DNA of 53,208 nucleotides from a virus (Duplodnaviria; Heunggongvirae; Uroviricota; Caudoviricetes): IMG/VR virus record IMGVR_UViG_2671181011_000016; one strand, 5' to 3'. Shown piece by piece: positions 52,979 to 53,208 of this stretch (position 1 is its first letter; each line of letters starts with the position of its first letter). The notes under the pieces were generated by a model. It saw only the letters and a program-made list of their open reading frames with translations, ran no database searches and was not told where the DNA came from. The position numbers and the translations under genes were made by a program.

Positions 52979-53208
52979 TGGATAAAACGGCAACAATTCT
53001 TCTTAGTCGCCCTGCCATCTGCCGTATGCTTGGGGGAATTAGCAGGGGAACGTTCTATTCATGGCGTAAAAAGTGGGAGGAAAACGGAACTCCATTCCCG
53101 GACCCTGTTGATGTGTTGGGGACCGGGAGGGGCGTCATGTACCGCTATCAGGATGTAATGCGGTTCTTTGATAAGATCGGATTAACGCCAGCCAGGGATA
53201 AGACGTAA
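52978..53208 (+). CDS. hypothetical small protein
   Basis: 76 aa; stop codon is the last 3 nt of the window. Confidence 0.45.
   Translation: MDKTATILLSRPAICRMLGGISRGTFYSWRKKWEENGTPFPDPVDVLGTGRGVMYRYQDVMRFFDKIGLTPARDKT

Noticed and set aside
1-53208. Prophage boundaries, att sites, integrase, tRNA genes
   Set aside because: No integrase-like ORF, no tRNA-like sequence and no flanking host genes are visible in this window, so boundaries cannot be called

Overview
The whole window reads as temperate lambdoid (lambda/P22-mosaic) siphovirus DNA; I see no host genes, no integrase and no tRNA. On the minus strand, from high to low coordinates: cI repressor, then a PL-type operon (N-like antiterminator with nutL, Erf, SSB, many small genes, Dam and a C5-MTase-like protein, NinG, RusA, a Q-like zinc-finger protein), about 5.7 kb of small genes including a frameshifted PAPS-reductase-like gene, a promoter/terminator gate, a pinholin / SAR-endolysin / Rz-Rz1 lysis cassette, an HExxH protein, an array of 11 tandem micro-genes encoding single-TM peptides, TerS/TerL, portal, head genes, and lambda-like tail genes (TMP, M, L, K, I, J) ending in a tail fiber. 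The tail operon is interrupted by three opposite-strand moron cassettes, each with its own promoter and terminator. On the plus strand after cI: HTH protein, replisome organizer carrying 11-bp-phased iterons (ori), antirepressor, HTH-metallophosphoesterase, DnaB-like helicase, NinB and small genes running off the window end. The strongest candidates for something undescribed are the 11-gene micro-peptide array (25613-26615), the three tail-operon morons, and a recurrent 12-13-mer abutting promoter -35 boxes. All calls come from reading the translations and motifs by eye; no database search was possible.
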